Below, in pieces: positions 40,024 through 53,995 of a stretch of DNA of 64,000 bases (within the stretch, counting starts at the first letter, position 1; each line of letters opens with the position of its first letter). The DNA comes from Octopus vulgaris (lineage: Eukaryota): the NCBI GenBank assembly GCA_951406725.2, contig OX597822.1, positions 70,184,001-70,248,000 on the forward strand, in the 5' to 3' direction. The notes under the pieces were generated by a model, which worked only from the letters and a program-made list of their open reading frames with translations, was not told the DNA's origin and did not search any database. A program made the translations under genes and the position numbers.

Positions 40024-42075
40024 GTAAGTTTCTCAAGCGGAAAATTTCATTGTCTTTTGTTTATTCAGGGCAGATCTGTATCCTACCTACTACCTTCATG
40101 ATATTAACTAGTTATTTAAAACAACAGCAAGATTATTCACAAAATATTCTGATAGTTTTAACTTTATTTTTATTTACTCTGATCTTTTTTGTTTTATTGC
40201 CTTTTTAGTCAGGAAGGAAGGGTAATGCTCATAACTCTTTACAAAAAAAATCCAAGATAATGGGAAGGAGGGAAAAGGGTATTCTCAAATAAGACACCTT
40301 GTTATGAACTCCACTAAAGACACCCAAGACGTCAGGCAGGATTGTTAAATCAAGTAGTGGATTAAATCAAGCAATGGACAAAATCTCTTATCCTGGCATG
40401 ATTTGATTTTGGAATACAAGGAGCTGAAACAAATGCTACAAGAACATCCAGTTTGATGTTCTTACAGTTCCACCAATCCACTGCCTTATATTAGTGCTTT
40501 TTTTTTTTTTTTTTAAATCCTGAAAGGATGAAAAGTTGATGTGTACAGTATATGAACTCTACAAAGAATCAGAACAAATATCATAGCCATTGCTTGAACA
40601 ATTTTGCCAAACTGTTGTTTTAAGTCATATGTTCTTAAAGTGGGAGCCCCCCTCCCTGGGTGTTGAGATGGTCCAAGCAGGGTGGGGCAGAGAAAAAGGA
40701 GGTATTGGGAAGAAGACAGTGGATTGGGGGACGCTATGAATTTATAATATTGTTATAGTACTTTATACAAATTATATAATATTATATTAAATATCAAATG
40801 ATTCATAATATATATAAATTAGTAAAATATAAAATATTTATTTATACATAAAAATAGGGTGGGCGCGTTGGGGGGTATTGTGTGGCTATGAGGGCGCTGC
40901 AGTGGCCCAAAAAGTTTGAGAATTTCTGTTTTAATTGGTGTTATATTTACTGCCAGCTCAATTATATTGGTCAGGGGCAAGGTTTTAAGTCAATTACAAT
41001 TATGGCAATAGGAAGGGCCTCCAGCTGTAGAAACCATGGCAAATAAGACTGGAACCTGGTGCAGCTCTCTGGCTTGCCGGTTCCAGTTGAACCGTCTAAC
41101 CCATGTCAGCATGGAAAGTGGATGTTAAATGATGATGATGATGACACCGACCCCATTATTCAATTGGTATTTATTTTATTGACCCCAAAAGGATAAAAGG
41201 CAGAATTTGAACTCAGAATGTAAAGACGGACGAAATGCTGCTAAGCATTTATATTGCCTTAATTACTACTTTCTCATTATTAGCTGCTAATAAAGGATGT
41301 TTGTCATGGCTCATGAAGTATATTGCTTAGGTTTTATTGTCTTCTTATGAGGTTTTCATTAAAAAAAAAACCAACAAAAAACCCAAAAAAGTTATGAATA
41401 ACATGAAAAACAAAACCATTTATCCTGACCTCAGTAACAATAATGAAAGTGATAGCTTAATACAGTGATTATAACAATGAAAGCTCTTTGTTAAGAATAC
41501 TGACAAGTCTTCCAGTAGTTCTTAATATGTTGGATTAGCTGCTGCTAAGGTTTTATTGCAAAAGATATTTGACATTGATCAAATATTAGTTATTTCTTAT
41601 AATGTCTATAATGAAAGGATTTACCAAAATACTGTTGTTTTTCCATTGTGCAGCCTTTTTTTTATGGTGCCATTGGTTTTGTAAGACTGAAATAACTCCA
41701 AATATGTGGATATATAAACAGCAATTTTGTTTTTTTGATAAATTTATAAATTTTGTTTCAGTAGCAGGTTTGTTCAGGGTATTAGTGTTAGACTAGTTGA
41801 GCTGATTTGGTTGGACAAATCAGATACCTTCTTTTAAGAATTTAAAGGGAAATAAAATTGAAATTGAAGCTCTTATCAATTCTGTTGTTCATACAGTTTT
41901 TAGATTACTAGGAAGAGAGAGTATGTGTGAGGTTTGTGAATGCATGCTCATATGGTTTGTATATGTATGTAGTTTAGAATACATATTTTGTGTATTCTTG
42001 AAAATGCATGTTTTGTGTTGATGTATGCATTTCGTATTTGCAATCCATGTCTGGTGTGGTCATTTGCATCATTTA

Positions 42076-42120
<45 letters not shown>

Positions 42121-42975
42121 TGTGATATGTCACCAGGTTTAATATCATCAACAGGTCCCTTGGGTGCCTTTAATGGATTTCATTCCAGTTTGCAAACATT
42201 TGGACCTAGCCACTAGTTTGCAAAGTATCCATGAGTCATATTCTCCTCTCTTCCCAGCCCTGGAAAATTGGAAAAAAAGTTATGATCACTGTTTTATTCC
42301 CTCTGGTTAAGCTATAAATAAAAAATGGCTTGAATGACCTCCGTTCATCCACGTTTTTTGCATATGTATTATGCGTTTGAGAGCAACGACACCTAGATGT
42401 TGAGACGTAACATAAAATAATCTAGTTAATGAGAATATTCTAAACTTTTAGCAATGTTCTAAGATCTTGTGTAATACCTAAACCTGGGAATCAAAACTAT
42501 TTTGTTAAGTTTTTACCTTAAGTACATAATGGGGGGCATGTGACTTAGTGGTTAGGGCTTTGGATTTGTGGTTTTGATTCCTGGACTGGGCGATGCATTG
42601 TTTTTTGAGCAAAACATTTCGTTTCATATAGCTCTAGTCTTCTCAGCTGGCAAGAATGAGTAATCCTGTGACAGGCTGGTGTCCTTTCCATGGGGGGAAA
42701 TACATGTACCACAAAAACCAGGAAACCAGCCCTATGCATCTTTATGACTTGGGAAGGATCTTTACCATACATGACCATGTTGTTTTTGAGACCATGTGAT
42801 TTGTGCTTCACTATCATACAGTTCCACGTGTGATGCCATATTTGGGCAAATATCTTCAAACATACATGTGAAAAGCACCTGTGCTAGTGACCCACAAAAA
42901 GCACCCAATACACTCTGTAAAGTGGTTGGCATTAGGAATGGCATCAAGCTGTAGAAACCATGCTATAACAATGGA

Positions 42976-43071
42976 GCCTTACCAGCTCCTGGCCTTACCA
43001 GCTCCTGGCCTTACCAGCTCCTGGCCTTACCAGCTCCTGGCCTTACCAGCTCCTGGCCTTACCAGCTCCTG
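42976..43071. repeat. Minisatellite: 6 perfect copies of 16-bp GCCTTACCAGCTCCTG
   Basis: Direct count of the units. Confidence 0.97.
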
Positions 43072-45140
43072 CTAAAGTCTCCAATGCCAGCATGGGAAAT
43101 GAACTTTAAAATGATGATGATGATGATGATACTTTCCATGAAGGTGGGTCCACTTCATTGGAGTGAAATTGGATAGATGGAAATTGTCTGATTGACTCTA
43201 CTCAACCTTTTTTATAAAATGGCATGCTGATGTTCCTTAAGGATTATTAAGGATACTCAAGGCACAGATGTCTGTGGAATACCCAGCCACTTGCAGACAG
43301 TATAATGCAATAAGTTAGTATTTCTATTGATAGGGCAACCATATGCATGTGTGTGCTAGCGCCGTGTAAAAAGCACCGATGCTAGTGCCACATGTTGAGC
43401 CCCTGTGTTGGTACCATGTAAAGAGCACCTATGATGGCACCACATAAAAAGCATCCATGCCGGCATCACGTAAAGAGCACCCATGTCAGGGCCCATGTAA
43501 AAGGCAATTCTGGTGCCAATGCCACGTAAAAGCATCTGTACTAGTGCTACAGAACTCCTAGTACACACTGTAAAGAAGATGGCATTAGGAAGGGCATCCA
43601 GCCATAGAAGCCATGCTAAAAAAAGATGACTGGTGTCTGGTGCAGCCCTTCAGCTTGCCAACTCCTGTCATACTGTCCAATCTATGCCAGCATAGAGAAT
43701 GGATGGTAAATGTTGATGTATAATACATACGTACGTACTAACATACATACATACATACATACATATATGCATGCATGCATGCATGCTAGTATAATTTGAT
43801 TGGTTGAATTCTCAGTCATGCCATAGATTGTATTGAAGAAGTAGGGAGAGTGTGACAGAGATAGTTTCTTTCCTTAATATGTTCAGTTTACTTGTTCCTT
43901 CGTATTTGAATTTTTAGGATCATAATATTCTCTGTTGGAGTAAGTTTTTTGTTGTATAGGTTTTGTAATAATATTAATAATCATCATCATCATAAACCTT
44001 GTTTAATGTCCGTTTTCCATGCTGGCATGGGTTGGACGGTTTGACTGAGGACTGGCAAGCCAGGAGGCTGCACCAGGCTCCAATCTGATCTAGCAAGGTT
44101 TCTACAGCTGGATGCCCTTCCTGACGCCAACCATTTCGAAAGTGTAGTGGGTACTTTTTGTAAGTTAATATTAATTCTTCGCTTTGATTTTGTTACGTGT
44201 AGTAACAAGCAGGTGTTGGTGTCACAAACATATTAGGCTAATGTTTTGTTCCTGCTGATTACTTTCAATTCCCAGGCAGCGTTTATGCTTTTAATGCTGT
44301 TAACACCACCAGACTGAATGGTATGGCCCAGGTGTCAAAACTATAATGATATTTGTTTGGCAGTTGATGATGGGAATACATATTTGTTATGCTTGTGAAT
44401 TTTTGTATCGTGGTTTTGTTATTCTGTGTTGCCCTTCATTCTAGTAAAGTGAAAAGTGATTGTGGATTAATGGTTTGTGGAGATTACTTAGTTATTTGTT
44501 GTTTGTCTTCATAGATAATCTTATTAAAGCTTAGATAACTTTTTAGATATTGGTGTCTAGTTTTGGGAGGTTCTGTAGTGTATGTATATGTATATAGGTA
44601 TATATAGAGAGAGCTGATGGGCATTTGCACATGCTAGGCTTGGTGATGGGCAGTGAGTTAAGGAATGTTGTATGTGCATGCACAAACACACACACACACA
44701 CACACACAGGGAAAAAATCATAGTGACAGAGAAGGAGAAGAGGGATTAAATGAAAAAGTAGTTATGGAAGGCGTTTTATGAATGGGAAATTTAATTATTT
44801 TAAGACAATAAATGTTTTTCCTTTTGAAAATTAGTATTCAGTTCATGATTTTGTATAAGTATGAAGAAATTTGATAAAATTTAAATTACATTTATCGTAT
44901 GTCTCTCATATATCCTGATGTTCCCTATGGTGGCAAAAGTACATTATCAGAGTTACCTGTCATAATGGCCAGTAACATTCTAGTTTCTTTTATCATTTAC
45001 TTGTTTTAGACATTTAACAGCAGCCATGCTGGGGCACTGCCTTGAATGTTCTTTTAGCCTAATGAATTGATCCCAAGACTTATTTTTTTAAAAGTCTGAT
45101 ACTTATTCTATTACTTTCTTTTGCCAAACCACTAAGTTAT

Positions 45141-45369
45141 GGCGAGCTGGCAGAAACGTTAGCACGCCGGGCGAAATGCTTAGCGGTAATTCGTCTGCCA
45201 TTACATTCTGAATTCAAATTCCGCTGAGGTCAACTTTGCCTTTCATCTCTTCGGGGTCAATAAATTAAGTACCAGTTACGCACTGGGTCGATGTAATCGA
45301 TTTAATCCCTTTGTCTGTTCTTGTTTCTCCCCTCTATATTTAGCTCCTTGTGGGCAATAAAGAAATAAG
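45141..45369 (+). mobile_element. SINE family A (GGCGAGCTGGCAGAA head, Meta-domain-like core), young copy nested in a family B SINE
   Basis: Perfect 15-bp TSD AAACCACTAAGTTAT at 45126-45140 and 45370-45384. Box-B-like TTCAAATTCC. Core GCCTTTCATC.TTTCGGGGTC.ATAAATTAAGTACCAG. Confidence 0.85.
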
Positions 45370-48300
45370 AAACCACTAAGTTATAAGAACATAAACAAAC
45401 CAACAGTCATCAAGTGATGGTAGAGTACAAAGACACACACACACACACACACATGATAGGCTACTGTCTATCAAATCCACTCAAGGCTTTGGTTGGCCTG
45501 AGGCTATAGTAGAAGACATTTGCCCAAGGTGCCATGCAGTGGGACTGAAATCAAAACCACTTGGTTGGAAAGCAACCTTCTTACCACACATCCATGGCTG
45601 CAACTATGTATATATTCACTAATGAATTCATTATGAATTTACCTGAGGATTACAGTAAAAGTACAAATGTTTGTGGAGTACTCAGTCATAAGTAGGTAGG
45701 TAGTTCTGTTAATTGAACAATTAGCACACCCACCCATCTAAACTGGCAGGAGTGTTCATTGTTACCATATTCATTTATGCACACAAGGTCTAAGTAGATA
45801 AAATGTTGTTCTCGTGTATCATGGATCATACGTTTTATCTTCTGCAGTCCACTTAAAATACACGTGTAGTACACTTAAAGTATATATGCTACTGTTCTTT
45901 GTATCCATCTGTGGGAAATTGGTAACAAATGTTCTGGGAATGATAGAATGTCGTTCAATGAATCTGTCTGTCTGTCTGTTTGTCTGTCAGTCTATCTATC
46001 TCCCCCTCTTTCTCTCTCTTGAGAGAGAGAGAAATAAAGAGAAAGAGAAAGAGTCTGAAGAGAGAGAACAAAATCTATTATCTTGTATTGTTCATGAGCC
46101 TGGGGGCGGTGAATATTGGTTTTCTTTATAAAATCATTTCTTTAAAATAGTAAATACATGCATATGTTCATCTCGGAAGTAGCCAGTTGTAATAATTTTT
46201 TTTTTTTTTTGCTTCTATGATTTCTAAATTATGTTTCTGATTATTATTAAATTTACAGAGAAAGAGGTAAAAAAAAAAAGCAATGCTTTATATCTAAATT
46301 AGATGAAACGACAAACCATAATTAATAAATTAATGATGAATTACTGGCCTGCTTAGTGACTGGGCTTGTCTGGGCTAGTACATTTTTAATGTCAGGTCAA
46401 CTGAGGCCACACTCTTAATTAATAGTATGATTAATGTCAAACTGGTCTACTCTTGGGTGTAACCTCTTGAGATCAAATTCTTTTTTCATTGAATAGGTAG
46501 CTAATTAGGAGACATTTGTTATTCACATTGATGTTGGTGTTATTTTAAATCATCTTTATATTTAGTTTAACTGTCACCACAGCTTGGAGTGATTCTGAAA
46601 GTTTGAATATTTTTCTTGAATTACTACAATGAGTTTTCATTATGATTTAGATGTCTTTATGTAGTATCTGCTTTCAGTTAGGTTAAAACTGAAACAAAAT
46701 GTAGCATAGATTAATGCCTGTGATTGTGGTTGAACAAATATTTAAACCTGTTGTCCAACACTTCCCATTCAACAAAACCTGTATAATTTGTAAAGCTGTT
46801 TCAATACAAATGTGGATAAAATAATCACTGTAATTGAGTGTGGTACATGAACCTTAGCAAATTTTAAAGACCTGTAACTAATTTCTGTTGCAGCTAAACA
46901 GAAAATGCCCAACATTATTGATTTTTCTTTAACTAACGTGGTGTAGTGGGTGATCTGCGAAGCAGTGAAGAGAGATGATAGGGTTGTTGCATCGGAAGTG
47001 AAAGAGGAAGTGATACTGCATAATGAAGTAGAATTTTTGATGAAGGTTCTTACCTTCAGCTAGCAAAACAACTTCTAAAAGGAAAACTATTCTAAAACTC
47101 CGACTGGAACTCATTGAGTGACCCTGTACACTCACTAACCCAAATCTCCTGACCAGAAACCTAAAATACATCAGAATTTCTTATGCGCTTCTGTTTGCAC
47201 TAACTGCTTGTCAGAGTAAGAAATTGTCCAAAAACCCTGCTACATTGTGTGATGTCTTTTCTTCCTCACATCTGGTATACCACCTCCAACATCGCCCTTC
47301 ACAGCTGGTAAATCACCTACTATGCCACCACTAAGAATTAGACTAAGTAAAAATATGATTCTCTAAGGAATTGTCACTAAATCTAAATTAAAGAACGCTC
47401 ATGTGTGTTTGTTTGTTTGTATTGGGGGAGCATATCCCAAGGTCTTTTTGATTCTGTTGAGGTTGTTAAACTTTCAAAGTCCATTGTAAATAGTTCTGGG
47501 ATGTCTACCAAATCCAAATAAATTACTCATTATGAAATCGAGCCAGTGAATTTTTTATTAAGCAGGAAAGAGTAGCTTAAGTATTTTGAAATAAATAACC
47601 ATGTTTCACACTTATATATTCTTCAGATTTCTTGTTTGGTTCTCAATTATATATTCTGATTGCTGAAATATTCTAGAATTGGTATAAAAAAAGAAACAGT
47701 TTTGAAAAACTATTACATTTTTAAAGACTTTCTCTCCTATCGACAACTTTGCCTCTATTGTTTTTGACTCTGGGCTGTACTCTCCCTGGTCTTGTTGGTT
47801 TTGAATGGTCATTAGTACTTCTATAACTAGCATTTTCTAGATAGGGGTGTTGGCCCTATGCAAACCCAATTTTTACTTCTATGAAGAAATGGTCCATATT
47901 AGTATAGTCTCTATCCTTAGATTTGTCCAGTATGAGAGGCCCTACCTGGAGCTTGCGTTCCACTGACACAGTTCTCAGGGTCATTGAGGCACATAAGCCA
48001 TTGTGCTGCAACAAAATCCTTTACTAAAATCTTTTTCCGTGAATGTTGGCAGTCATATGCCCACCATATTTAGTGGTTTGTCTTCCTCTCTATTGAACAT
48101 CAAGTTAAGCTGTTCATAGTTATTGTCTTAAATTAGTAAAAAGTTGAATGACTGCTTGGAAACACTCGTTCTCCAGCATCCTAGATGCCTTCTGTTGAGC
48201 TCATCTTTGGTCCTGGGTACTTGTTAGACACTTCCATATGATTTGCCTTTGTCAATGAACTGTACACAATCCACACATTGGCCAGGGTTTCTTTTCAGTT

Positions 48301-48986
48301 GCTCTTTTCAGGGTATATTCAAATGCCTCCTCTTTGCAAGCAAAAGGTACATCCCTTTTCTCTTCATCTTCTTTTGAACAAATTTCTTGGGCAAAGACAC
48401 ACCTCTACCACATTTTTTTAAGTGACTGGATCTTCTCCCTGTTCAGAATTCAATTTTTCTTTTTCTTTTTGGCAGTTAACACTTGCAAATTAACTTTCAT
48501 ACTTGGCAACTTACTTTTATACCAATAAATAACAAATATGAAAAAAAAAAAAAAAAAAAAAGGTTTCTAGAACAGTAATATTGATTTAGGCAGCAAATTT
48601 CTTAATTAACTGGGTACAAATGATAAGAATCGGAAAAAAGAGGAAATTGGGATTCTGGCAAGATATCTATGGTGTACTGTTGTCTTTGCAAAACTGAGTT
48701 AGGTATGCAATGCTGCAAAAAAAAACAACAAAAAACAAAAGGAAAAAAAAACCCAACTATTATTGGTATGCTAAGTAATTATCTGACTTGATGAAGAATA
48801 AAAACTTTAATTTTGATGATTGATGTAAATTGAGCCATCTTAATAGTTATTGGTTGAGCATCCCAGATTTTTTATTTAATATTTGCTGTATATTTTTCTC
48901 CATAATCTTAAGTTTTTGTTGTATGATTTGTTTTTTAGCTTGTGCTTTTATTTGTGATTACTGCATAGTTTGTAATCTGATCCCAA

Positions 48987-49029
<43 letters not shown>

Positions 49030-49868
49030 GATGTATATTTATTAATCAGATTCAAACAGTGATAAAGAGAAATTTATGTTGATTAATATAGTTGTTTTCA
49101 AGTAAAATTAAATTGGTTTCAGCTGTTACTGAGAGTTATGGCTAATGTAGAATTTTGCTGCGGTTATTATGCTGGCTTTACTGTTAAAATGCATTGTTCT
49201 ATTCACTTTGACTTATTTGTTTTCAATAAAAATGTTTAGTATTTAGTGATAAGAAATACATACATACATGCAAAACCATGCAAAACCAGTTACTTCATTT
49301 TCTTATAAATAGCCACATTTTTATAACCAATAACCATTCTATGCTAGAAAAGATAAAAATCATAATAAGAGTAAGTCCTGGGGTAGACTTGTTTGACTAA
49401 AGGCAGTGCCCCAGCATGGCCGCAGTCAAGTGACTGAAACAAGTAAAAAAATAAAAGAATAAATACATACAAATGTGTACACATGCATACATATATGCGT
49501 ACACATACATACATGCATACACACATACATGCAGAGTCCATACAAACAAATGTGCATACATGCATACACATATGCATACATACACACATGCACACACAGA
49601 TACATACATATGAGTATGTGCATGTACATTGGCACACATGCATGCGTACAAAAAAACAACAACACAATTCCGATAACACAGAATCAATGACTATTGAAAA
49701 GGATGCCAGCTGCAATGAAAATTTTAGTAAAAAGAAATCAAGTAAATGAGTGGAAATCAGACCAGCGAGTGTGTTAAATTAATAAGACACTAAAAGAGAA
49801 AGACTCTCCCCAGACAATAAAAACCTTAATGTTATATAAAATAAATTCTCCATTTGGTTTTTCTTTGA

Positions 49869-50003
<135 letters not shown>

Positions 50004-51057
50004 TGATTAAGTTGTACTTTCTTGCTCATCATTTTACTGGCATGTTATGTAGCATCACCTGTCATTTTTTTAGATTTTTCATAACTGTTTCCTCTACCTT
50101 CCTCTCAGTCTGTTTACTCATAACTATCCCTGAGATATTGATTAACATGTTACTTATGAGGAAAATAACTTTGAACCTATTAAAGAATTTGTTATAGAGA
50201 ATATGTGTTGTGTCATCTAATTATTATAACTAAGGCTGTGTATTTCACCAGAAATATGGTAAAAAAAGTGTTAAAGGAGAACAAGGAATTCTTTTGGCTG
50301 TTTGTTTTAAATGAGGAATAGTAAGAGGGATTATATGTTACATTTCTGTTTACTGTGAATATTATGAAAGAGTGCAAGCTTTGCAAGTGACTCTTTTAAG
50401 GAGAATATTGTCGGATTTAAACCTAAGTATGTACCTGCTTTGTATGTTGGAACTCTAAGAATAACACAAAAATAAATATATTTTGAGTTATATTCTTACA
50501 GTTTAAAAGGTTTATATATATATATATATATATATATTTCTCACATATTTCTTCATTTGTATTCTATTTTGGATTTTTAAAGTTCAATTTGAGTTTTATC
50601 AGTGGATTTTAAATTTTGATACATTATTATGTTCAATAAAATGGTTATTTAGATATATATTTCTCTTTAGTTGAAACTGAGTTGAAGCTTTTAGCAATTT
50701 TAAGGTATATGTTATTAAAAGAATATATTCTTAAGATATAATTTTAAGAAGAGATATTAATATCAGTTCTTACATGATGAATAAAAGATGGCTTGCATTC
50801 ATCATTTGAAAACCAATATTCTTTTCTTTAAAGCAAATCCTCTTAATTTATTCATTTAATAACATATATGTTCAAATTGCTTAAACAATTGAAACTTAAA
50901 CTAAATCTTTAGAAGAAATATTATTTAAATAATATTTCACTTCATTGAACAAATGTATTTATAATTCAAAAATCTTCTCAAATAAATAATACATTATTTA
51001 AAACTAAAATTCAATTTATAAATCCAAAATAAAACAGAAATACAGCATATAATTTAA

Positions 51058-51570
51058 CCCTTTCGATACCAAACTGCCTGAAACTACACCTGGTTCTATG
51101 ATAAAAAATTCTTGTTTTAAGGTGACCTAAAGTAAAACTTTCCATCAAAATTTCATGTTAATTTGTGTTCCAAACTTTAGCTTCATAAAAATAAAGTTAT
51201 TGTGTAATATTCTTCATCCTCATCATCGTTTAACGTCCTTTTTCCATGCTGGCATGGGTTGGACGGTTTGACTGGGGACTGACAAGCCAGGAGGCTGCAC
51301 CAGGCTCCAATCTGACCTGGCAGTGTTTCTACAGCTGGATGCCCTTCCTAACACCAACTACTTTGAGAGCATAGTGGGTGCTTTTTATGTGCCACTGGCA
51401 CGGGAGTCAGGCGGCATTGGCATCAGCCATGTTCGGATGGTGCTTTTTATGTGCTACTGACACAGGAGCCAGTCGAGGCAGGTGTGTGTGTGTGTGGGTG
51501 GTGGTGGTTATTTTCAAAATTGATTGAAACAATATCAGTATATTTCAAAGAAAATATGGTAAGAAAAGGG
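51058..51570 (+). mobile_element. TTAA piggyBac-type MITE with a nested (GAT)n-tailed retroposon at about 51213-51480 (-)
   Basis: TTAA-CCCTTTCGATACC...GGTAAGAAAAGGG-TTAA. Confidence 0.82.
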
Positions 51571-51692
51571 TTAAAGATGCTTTGAACTGTAAGAATATAA
51601 CACAAATATTAATTTTTATGTTATTCTTGGAGTTTCAATGTACCCAAATAGGTATACGTCTAGCATTAAGTCCAACAATAATGTTATTTTAA

Positions 51693-52114
51693 CGCTTTCG
51701 CATTCAGATTATTGTCAAATATATTGCTTATTTATTCACACTGTTTTGAATCCATGATGGCTGTGGATCAAAAGAGGGGAGCCATGGAGTAGCTAGCTGG
51801 CCATCTGGACACAAGCTGGTGTCTGATCAGCCCCATCTGGGTCGCCTGGAGGAGGGTGTATGCTGTTGAAATACCCAACACACCCGATGATACCAGGCAT
51901 GTCACTGAAGATGTGTCCAAATGCATCAGTCATTGACGTATGTGCAGAACGAATTAATCATGTATTATCTCATAGCTTTGAAATTTTGATGACATAATTG
52001 TTAATTTTTGGAATGACATTGTAGGGTAGGTGTGAGATGCTGGATCAGGCCAGTTTGAATATAAAACAGGTGGAATATTTTGGCTGAATATGGCCAGTTT
52101 AAATGCTAAAAGAG
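51693..52114 (-). mobile_element. Copy of the second TTAA MITE family with an internal GC-richer insert of about 200 bp
   Basis: TTAA-CGCTTTCGCATTCAGA...TTTAAATGCTAAAAGAG-TTAA. A related decayed copy lies at about 12633-12882. Confidence 0.7.
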
Positions 52115-52408
52115 TTAAAATGGCCACTGTAAAGTAGCACTTCTTTATCGTATTCACAATAAACACAAGCACCGTAAACACTATCCTTCTTATGAAACCA
52201 ATTGCCAATAGAATTTAAAATATTACTAACCTAGATAACAAAATTACATATTCTATAAATAACCCTCTCACTGCCTACTTATATCTTTCCTTCTTATCTC
52301 TCTCCCATAATGCAAAAACGTATGACCAAAGCTTTCAGCTATTTATTGTTGACATGATGAGTTCAGAAGAGCAAAACAATATAACTTTTATAGCAGTCAG
52401 CTGCTGCT

Positions 52409-52462
<54 letters not shown>

Positions 52463-53585
52463 GTGCACGCGCGTTTGTGTTTATTTGTTTGTTTGTAAAT
52501 AAATCTCTTGTTAAAGGATGTATCTTAAATGTCAATCCGGTTCTAAATAATAGCTCATAATATGTACTTAGGACTGAAAAAAAAAGGCCTTGGACAGAAA
52601 AAGCATTGAAATCATGCATCTTCTGTAACCTAGGCAGTTGTGATGCCATTCTTATATATATATATATATAGAGAGAGAATTGGTACTCCATCCGTTTTGA
52701 CAATGAGGGTTCCAGTTGATCTGGTCAACAAAACAGCCTGCTCATGAAATTAACGTGCAAGTGGCCAAGCACTCCACAGACATGAATGTTCTTAACATAC
52801 TTTACAGGGATATTCAGCAAGACACAGTGTGACAAGGCTGGCCCTTTGAATTACAGGTACAACTCATTTTTGCTAGCTGAGTGGGCCGGAGCAATGTGAA
52901 ATAAAGTATCTTGCTCAAGAGCTCACTGTGCTGCTGGGAGTCAAACTCGCAACCTTATAATCGCGAGCTGAACACCCTGACTATTAAGCTACATTCCTCC
53001 ATCCAACCCATGCCAGCATGGAAAACGGACGTTAAAGGATGATGATGATATGATTGATTAGTTGTCCAAAGATTCAGAGAAGCATAATCTAAAAGAAAGA
53101 CAGAGTAGTTATACTTTTATATTGTTGAGTAGTATATTCTGTAAGTCACCAATGGTTTTACACTGACCAATATTACCAAGTGCAATATCATCATCATCAT
53201 CATTCAATGCCTGCTTTCTATGCTGGCATGGGTTGGATGGTTTGACTGTGAAAATAAGCCTGGGGGTAGGGGTGCTGGTGCACCAGATTGTGATCTAATT
53301 TGGCAAGCTTTCTATGGCTGGATGCCCTTCCTAATGCCAACCACTCTGAGAGTGTAGTGGGTGTTTCTTACGTACCATTGAGCTGACACCAGCATCAGCC
53401 ATGACTACGGTCTCACTTGGCTTGACAGGTTTACACAAGCATGGTATATTGCCAACGGTCTTGGTCACCTGTCACTGCCTCCATGAGGCCCAATACTCAA
53501 ATGGTGCTTTTTATTTGCCACCGGCACGGATGCCAGTTAGGCAATATTGGCATTGGCCATGACTTGGAAAACTGTTGGTAACTTT

Positions 53586-53995
53586 CATCATCATCATTAT
53601 TGTTTAACGTCTGCTTTCCATGCTGGCATGGGTTGGATGGCTTGACTGAGGACTAGCAAGCCAGCAGGCTGCACCATACCTCAATCTGATCTGGCAAGGT
53701 TTCTACAGCTGGGTGCCTTTTCTAACGCCAACTACTCTGAGAGTGTAGTGGGTGCTTTTTACATGTCACCAGCATGGGGAGCCAGTCAGGTGGTACTGGC
53801 ATCAACCAGGATCGAATGGTGCTTTTTACATGTCGCTGGCACAGGAGCAGTCAGGCAGCACGGGCGTCAGTCATGCTTGAATGGTGCTTTTTACATATCA
53901 CTGGCATGAGTGACACTGGCATCAACAACTCTTGAATGATGCTTTTTAGGTGCCACTGGCATGGGTGCCAGTCAGGCGGGACTGGCATCAGCCAT
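53586..53995 (-). mobile_element. (GAT)n-tailed retroposon (RTE-type LINE 3' end or derived SINE), representative copy
   Basis: Conserved TTGGCGTTAGGAAGGGCATCCAGCTGTAGAAAC...CCAACCCATGCCAGCATGGAAA.CGGACGTTAAA(TGA)n. Copies at about 1140-1376, 13075-13245, 19300-19581, 32600-32810, 38770-38997, 41005-41144, 42865-43130, 43355-43718, 55670-55896 (+) and 6128-6520, 43980-44160, 51213-51480, 53187-53570, 62728-62835 (-). The RTE assignment is inference. Confidence 0.75.

Noticed and set aside
40625-40930. Possible decayed hAT MITE (ends AAAAGTTTGAGAATTTCTG); similar end at about 25695
   Set aside because: A matching opposite TIR and TSD could not be established.
46935-48330. Possible old LINE fragments (also about 62850-63100)
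   Set aside because: Composition is suggestive, but I could read no unambiguous RT or endonuclease motif.
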